A stretch of DNA of 64,000 nucleotides from assembly GCA_965242865.1 (NCBI GenBank), contig CBDETK010000013.1, forward strand, positions 4,576,001-4,640,000, in the 5' to 3' direction. Of the stretch, positions 58,975-64,000 are shown one piece after another. This DNA is from Candidatus Latescibacterota bacterium (lineage in GTDB: Bacteria; Latescibacterota; UBA2968; UBA8231). Positions within the stretch are counted from its first letter, which is position 1. Each line of letters begins with the position of its first letter. Below the pieces are notes generated by a model. That model was given only the letters and a program-made list of their open reading frames with translations, was not told where the DNA came from and ran no database searches. Position numbers and translations under genes: made by a program.

Positions 58975-60297
58975 CTATCGGCGAACCGGCCGGTAGGGCA
59001 TCTGCATTTCGACCGTTCCTCTTTCTCTTATCTGATCCCATACATCGAAGTACGTCGGAAAGGTTTTGCCAACGCAGCCTGGGTCATTGATGCGGATTCC
59101 GGGCACGAGCAATCCGACTAGGGCAAAACTCATAGCCACTCGGTGATCCTTATAGGTATCGATGGGGCTGCCTTTGGGCTTAGACGGCGCAATGGTAACG
59201 CCGTCTCTGTGCTCTTCTACCGCCACGCCGAGCCGACGCAGTTGGGCGACCATGGCGGCAACCCGGTCGGTCTCCTGCCAGCGCGTGTGCTCGATGTTGC
59301 GGATGCGCACTGGCTCCTTGGCAAAGGGCGCGATCGCGGCCAGCGTCAGCGAGGTATCCGATATAGCCTTCATATCGATGTCTATCCCCCTGAGTTGATC
59401 CGGCCCGATCACCTCGATTCCGTGGGCGTAGCGGTTGACCGTGCAGCCCATGTTCTCAAGTACATCGACGAAGTGGATATCGCCTTGGGCTGAGTCGGCA
59501 GCAATGTCGGCTACGCGCACTCGACCACCGCTGAGCGCAGCGGCCGCAAAGAAGTACGAGGCGTTGGAAGCGTCCGGCTCAATGGCGTAGGCGCGGGGCG
59601 TATAGCATTGACCGCCGGCAACGCGAAAACGCCGGTAATCGTCGTGCTCAACCTCGACCCCAAAGGACTGCATGACCGCCATAGTGATGTCGATATATTC
59701 GGTCTTAAACTCGCCGACCATCTCGATTTCCAAGCCGTTGTCGGCATAGGGGGCGACGAGCAGCAGCGAGGTGAGGAACTGGCTGCTCTTGCTGGCGTTG
59801 AGCTGGGTTTTTCCGCCGCTGAATCCCTTAGCCCGAATTTCTACGGGCAGGCATCCGTTGCGCGAGCGAGCGTCGATCCCGAGTTGGCCGAGCGCGTCGA
59901 GCAGGTCGGCAATCGGCCGGCTCTGGCGCATGGGCGCGTCGCCATCGATGACAAAGGTCCCATTGCCGAGCGCGACATAGCTCGTGACCGACCGCGAAGT
60001 AGTGCCCGAATTGCCAATGTACAGCTCGGCCCCATCGACGGGAATCCGTCCCCCGTTGCCGGCGACCGCAAAGCGGGCTGCTTTTGGATCGGCCTCTATG
60101 GAGACGCCGAGTTTGCGCAACGCTTGGACCATGTAGTCGGTATCGTCGCTAAAGAGCGCGCCCGTAAGGTGCGATTTTCCGTTGGCTAATGCCGCAACCA
60201 GCAGGGCTCGGTTGGTGTAGCTTTTGGAGCCGGGGACGGAGACCACGACGTTGAGCGGATCTTGCAAGGGTTGTATTTCGAGCGAATTGACGTTCAT
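58975..60297 (-). CDS. aroA: 3-phosphoshikimate 1-carboxyvinyltransferase (EPSP synthase)
   Basis: PGSKSYTNRAL, GNSGT, SSQFLT, ETDR, DHRVAM, KTFP. Confidence 0.97.
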   Translation of the reverse strand: MNVNSLEIQPLQDPLNVVVSVPGSKSYTNRALLVAALANGKSHLTGALFSDDTDYMVQALRKLGVSIEADPKAARFAVAGNGGRIPVDGAELYIGNSGTTSRSVTSYVALGNGTFVIDGDAPMRQSRPIADLLDALGQLGIDARSRNGCLPVEIRAKGFSGGKTQLNASKSSQFLTSLLLVAPYADNGLEIEMVGEFKTEYIDITMAVMQSFGVEVEHDDYRRFRVAGGQCYTPRAYAIEPDASNASYFFAAAALSGGRVRVADIAADSAQGDIHFVDVLENMGCTVNRYAHGIEVIGPDQLRGIDIDMKAISDTSLTLAAIAPFAKEPVRIRNIEHTRWQETDRVAAMVAQLRRLGVAVEEHRDGVTIAPSKPKGSPIDTYKDHRVAMSFALVGLLVPGIRINDPGCVGKTFPTYFDVWDQIRERGTVEMQMPYRPVRR

Positions 60298-60454
60298 GTT
60301 TGTTCGACAGCGCGGTTGGGTGGTATGGCGCGAGCAGGTTCCTGCATAATCTGGCGTCTCGCGGTGCTTTGAGCAACGTTGGCTTAGGCGGTCTTAGGCT
60401 GGAGGATACCGGGTTTTTCCTCTACCTTTACCCGCGAAAGGAGTGCGCCACGCC

Positions 60455-61351
60455 ATGCCATCAGACAAGACGCCGGACGAGATCAAAAATTTGCTCGAGG
60501 GGCCGGTCAACTCCATTCCCACTACCTTTTTGCCGAATGGCCAGCTAGACTGGGAGGGCATCGGCCACGTAATCGACATCGGCATCGTCAGCGGCAGCAG
60601 GGTCAGCTTGCTGACTTACGGGGACAGCCAGTTTGAGTTCCTCAGCGACGAAGAGGTCGCCCAACTCACCCGCTTTTTGATCGACCGGGTCGCCGGGCGG
60701 GCGTTGACGGTGGCGGCGACCCGACGCTGGCCAGACGATCGGGCGGTCCAATTCGCCGAGTACTGCCGCAGTTGGGGAGCCGATGTGCTGATGGTGCTGC
60801 CGCCGGACCAAGCCCAGCCGCGGGGCAAGGTTATCCAATACCGCAAAGTAGCCCAAGTAATGCCCCTGATGTTAGTGGGGTGTCCTCCCTATGAAATTCT
60901 CGACGCGCTGCTCGACGCGCCCAACATCTGCACCTTCAAAGAAGACGGCACACTCGAATACGCAAAGGCGACCATGCACCGCTATGGCGACCGGTGGAAG
61001 TTTATGACCGGCGGGGGGCTATGGCGCAATTTCGCCCAATGGCCCTGCGGCGTCCGCGCCTTCTTTTGCTATCCATCTTCGTTTGCTCCCCACATAGCGC
61101 GAAGCTACTGGCGGGCCTTCCAAGATGGCGACGCCAAAACGGCCCAGACCATCATCACCCAAATTGAGGAACCCTTTTGGGGAGTGGCCGCCGATGTGCT
61201 GGGCGGCGGCCAAGCGGTGTGGCGCACCGCGCTCGAACTCAACGGCATTGCTTCGCGCTGGTTGCGCCCGCCCATGGTGACGGCCACGGACGCGGAGGTG
61301 GACAAGATCGGGGCCGTTTTGGATGCCATCGGGCTGATAAATCCCCGCTGA
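60455..61351 (+). CDS. Dihydrodipicolinate synthase-family (class I aldolase/lyase) protein
   Basis: IPTTF, LSDEE, GADVLMVLPP, putative Schiff-base Lys in TFKED. Confidence 0.8.
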   Translation: MPSDKTPDEIKNLLEGPVNSIPTTFLPNGQLDWEGIGHVIDIGIVSGSRVSLLTYGDSQFEFLSDEEVAQLTRFLIDRVAGRALTVAATRRWPDDRAVQFAEYCRSWGADVLMVLPPDQAQPRGKVIQYRKVAQVMPLMLVGCPPYEILDALLDAPNICTFKEDGTLEYAKATMHRYGDRWKFMTGGGLWRNFAQWPCGVRAFFCYPSSFAPHIARSYWRAFQDGDAKTAQTIITQIEEPFWGVAADVLGGGQAVWRTALELNGIASRWLRPPMVTATDAEVDKIGAVLDAIGLINPR

Positions 61352-61361
61352 GCGGCTCGCA

Positions 61362-63422
61362 TCACCGGCTCGGCGAAAATTCTGCTTCCCAGAGGATGCG
61401 ATTCTCGATGGCAAGCTGGGCGATACGGATGCGGTCGATGGCGTAGGCGGGGAGGCGGACGAGCACCATGCACTCGTCGTCAACGTGCTCTCTGAGCCAG
61501 TTGAAGTTGAAGTCGAGATTATCAAAACCGTACTGTCTGCTGTAGGCGGGCAGATCGGCCGGATCGACCGGATAGACGTCTAGCACGAACTTGGCCTGCA
61601 CGTCGGCGGGGGCACACGGCTTCTTGCGGTAAACCAGCGTGCGTCCGGTGCGGTACACGTGCCAGCCAGCGCGGATGACTTGCTCGTCGGCCTGTTGGAT
61701 GAGTTGGTTCACGTAGCGTTGTCGCCGGGCGCGAGACCGGTCCGCATTGAAGGGTTTGGTCGTCGTTTTTGCACAGCAGGGTTCGCCCGTCGTCATGCGA
61801 AACACCACCCCATCGGCTAGCTCGGCCACGGGTTCCACATCGGGCAGGCCGCGGAGGTTCCGGTCGTCGTCGACCATTTGGATATTTCCGATATAGACGA
61901 GATACACATCGTCGCCAGCGGTCTGCCGCATTATGTGCGGCATCACCTTATAGCTCTTTCTCGGGAGCCGCTGGTGCTTTCCCGGGGCGGCGGTCCGATC
62001 CCAAAACCAAGCAAGACCCATTCTGTTGCTGTAAATCCGGCCCTCGCGGAGGTGGAGCCTGATGTAATTCAGAGTCTCGGAGGATGCCCAGTAGGAGGTA
62101 TTGTGCTTCCAGATTCCGAACCCGAATCCGAATTCCAATGCTTTGGTGGTAATACAGAGGTTCCTGTGCGCCGAGAAGCCGATGTGGGCGAGGGCGGCCA
62201 GCAAGACGAGGCCCTTTAGCCCCGACTTGGCCACGGCCATCCGACCCGCCATCGCGATGGACAGGAACCGGTCCAGCAGCAACACCGCCGCCGACAGCAA
62301 CGGCACATACACCGGCAGCAGGTAGCGACTGTCGATTTCCTGCCAAGTCATAAAGGGCACGACAGCGACGATGAATAGGAGATAGGCTAGAGCGAACCCC
62401 CCGAATGGGAGTGCCGGCCCCAACCCTAAGAGCAGCGACCCAGGCCGAAGCCGTAGATTCAGACCAACGGCACCCAACCCTGCGGCCCCCACTAGCCCGG
62501 CCGCTGTCCACAGGAGTAACCCGTCCGGCGCATCCGGGGGAATCACCCACTCTTGGAATACATCCACCACTTGGCTCAGCCCATCGGACACATCGGACAG
62601 GGACTGCCTCCTCTCTCTCTTTCCCGTCAGGGTCCCGGAGATCGCCCAGTTGCGCGTCAGCACTACCGCGAGGGGCAAGGAGGAGACCGCGCCAAATACG
62701 ACAGCGTCTTTCAACCGGGCGGCCAGCGGCGGGGTGCGCCACCCCAGCAGCAGGACGCCAGCACCGATCAGCACCACGCCCGGCCAACGGGTCAGCGCGG
62801 CCAGCGCGGTGAAAACCGCCGCCCACCACAGAGGCGTCCGCCCGCCGCGTTGCAGGAAGGACGCCAACTGGATCAAGGCGAGGAGCGTCAACAGGACGAA
62901 GAGGGGCTCGGTCAAGAGGGTTGACGCGAATTCGCTCAAGGGCAGGGACGCCGCGATGGCCCCGGTCGCGGCCAGTGCCAGCCCTCGCGACCGGAGATTC
63001 GAGCGCAACCAGCACCCCGCGGCGAGGATGGTCAGCCCGAAGGCGGTGGCGTTAATCCACCGACCCGCCTCCAGCGGCGCGATGCCGACCCAACCGCCAG
63101 CCGCCAGCCCCAAGGGAAACAAGGGCGGCCAGCCCACCAGCGGTCTGTCCCAGAAATCCCGCCAGCCTTCTCCGGCGAGGAAGTTTATGGCCGTGGACAG
63201 GAAAAGGGTGCTGTCGTGGCCGACCGCGGGACCGTAGGTGGCGGTGCGGACGAGGATGTGGGCGGTGCCCAGCCCGGCGAGGACGCCGATGAGCAGCGCG
63301 AAGCGGTCTCGCCCGAACCGGACGATCCGCTCGATGGCGGAGCACTTCTCTCTCCCCCCCCATAAATTTAATAAAAACAACCACTTACGATACGTCCAAA
63401 AATGAGAAATACCTCGTTCCAT
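61362..63422 (-). CDS. GT39/PMT-like polytopic membrane protein with soluble C-terminal domain (start uncertain)
   Basis: DST, WPPLFP, TEPLF, LTRWPG, RYLLP; C-terminal GFDNLDF domain. Confidence 0.7.
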   Translation of the reverse strand: MERGISHFWTYRKWLFLLNLWGGREKCSAIERIVRFGRDRFALLIGVLAGLGTAHILVRTATYGPAVGHDSTLFLSTAINFLAGEGWRDFWDRPLVGWPPLFPLGLAAGGWVGIAPLEAGRWINATAFGLTILAAGCWLRSNLRSRGLALAATGAIAASLPLSEFASTLLTEPLFVLLTLLALIQLASFLQRGGRTPLWWAAVFTALAALTRWPGVVLIGAGVLLLGWRTPPLAARLKDAVVFGAVSSLPLAVVLTRNWAISGTLTGKRERRQSLSDVSDGLSQVVDVFQEWVIPPDAPDGLLLWTAAGLVGAAGLGAVGLNLRLRPGSLLLGLGPALPFGGFALAYLLFIVAVVPFMTWQEIDSRYLLPVYVPLLSAAVLLLDRFLSIAMAGRMAVAKSGLKGLVLLAALAHIGFSAHRNLCITTKALEFGFGFGIWKHNTSYWASSETLNYIRLHLREGRIYSNRMGLAWFWDRTAAPGKHQRLPRKSYKVMPHIMRQTAGDDVYLVYIGNIQMVDDDRNLRGLPDVEPVAELADGVVFRMTTGEPCCAKTTTKPFNADRSRARRQRYVNQLIQQADEQVIRAGWHVYRTGRTLVYRKKPCAPADVQAKFVLDVYPVDPADLPAYSRQYGFDNLDFNFNWLREHVDDECMVLVRLPAYAIDRIRIAQLAIENRILWEAEFSPSR

Positions 63423-63637
63423 CTGTCGTAATCCCGTCAAGTTGGGAGCCGGTCATTCAATGAGTTCCCGTTTCCATGCACGGCGATTCTCCTCTGATGT
63501 ATCCCTAAGTAATGGCGGTATGAGAAGGTGTCAACAGAGCGTTTGCCGCGTCGGCGGCGATCAAGTAGTAGCATCAGCCCCCTGCAATGTTTAGCTTGAA
63601 ACGCCCGTCCATTCGGCCCATTAACGCGGAGGAAATC

Positions 63638-64000
63638 ATGGCCAGCCATCTCGAAGACGTCGAGTACAAAAACGGCAAAAAACACGGCCCTTGGGTGCTG
63701 TACTACGCCGCTGGCGGCAAGCGGCGCGAAGGTGCGTTTGACTTGGGCAAAAAGACCGGCCAATGGGTGGAGTACCACAGAAACGGCCGGCCGGCCAGCG
63801 TCAATCACTACCGAGAAGACCGGCTTACCGGCGACCACGTAGCCTACTACGAAAACGGCAACCGCAAGCAGACCGGGCAATTCAACGACTACCGCGGCAA
63901 GAGCACGGATGGGCGCAAAACGGGCACGTGGACCTTTTACGCCATTGACGGCGAAACGGTCTGGCGTCGCATTACCTACAAAGACGGCCGGCGCTGCCGG
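63638..64000 (+). CDS. MORN-2 repeat (YwqK-like) protein, partial
   Basis: GGAGG RBS; MASHLEDVEYKNGKKHGPWVLYY...GKKTGQWVEYHRNG...YYENGN...GRKTGTWTFY; runs off window. Confidence 0.8.
   Translation, partial: MASHLEDVEYKNGKKHGPWVLYYAAGGKRREGAFDLGKKTGQWVEYHRNGRPASVNHYREDRLTGDHVAYYENGNRKQTGQFNDYRGKSTDGRKTGTWTFYAIDGETVWRRITYKDGRRCR

Noticed and set aside
63638-64000. Toxin-antitoxin system from the YwqK-like ORF
   Set aside because: MORN-2 repeats are generic, the gene is truncated, and no toxin is visible.

Overview
A GC-rich bacterial chromosomal segment. The protein families and the C-terminal WGxxK and FlgD-Ig tails suggest the FCB group, most likely Candidatus Latescibacterota or a Poribacteria-like lineage (inference). 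The flanks are housekeeping and metabolic: partial parA, ppdK, an oxidoreductase, a TonB-dependent receptor, ilvBN, an enolase-family enzyme, an acyl-CoA ligase, a HldE-like kinase and galU on the left, and aroA, a DHDPS-family gene, a GT39-like gene and a partial MORN-repeat gene on the right. The core (~16.5-59 kb) is a large cell-envelope/secretion locus. It encodes exported proteins with two kinds of putative C-terminal sorting tail, a 916-aa barrel-like protein, paralogous lipoproteins, a parvulin-type PPIase, TPR and CRTAC1 proteins, GT39 glycosyltransferases, and a PorV-TPR-ExbB-ExbD-(TonB-like anchor/DUF4159) operon, together suggesting a non-canonical T9SS-related system. The most striking non-coding signal is a pair of 28-bp dif/Xer-like sites (11-6-11, spacers TACCCC vs GGGGTA, inverted) flanking a sigma70-type promoter directly upstream of the 14-kb surface-protein operon, a candidate invertible phase-variation switch. 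No rRNA, tRNA, CRISPR array, transposase or recombinase gene was seen. Family names come from motif recognition, not database searches.
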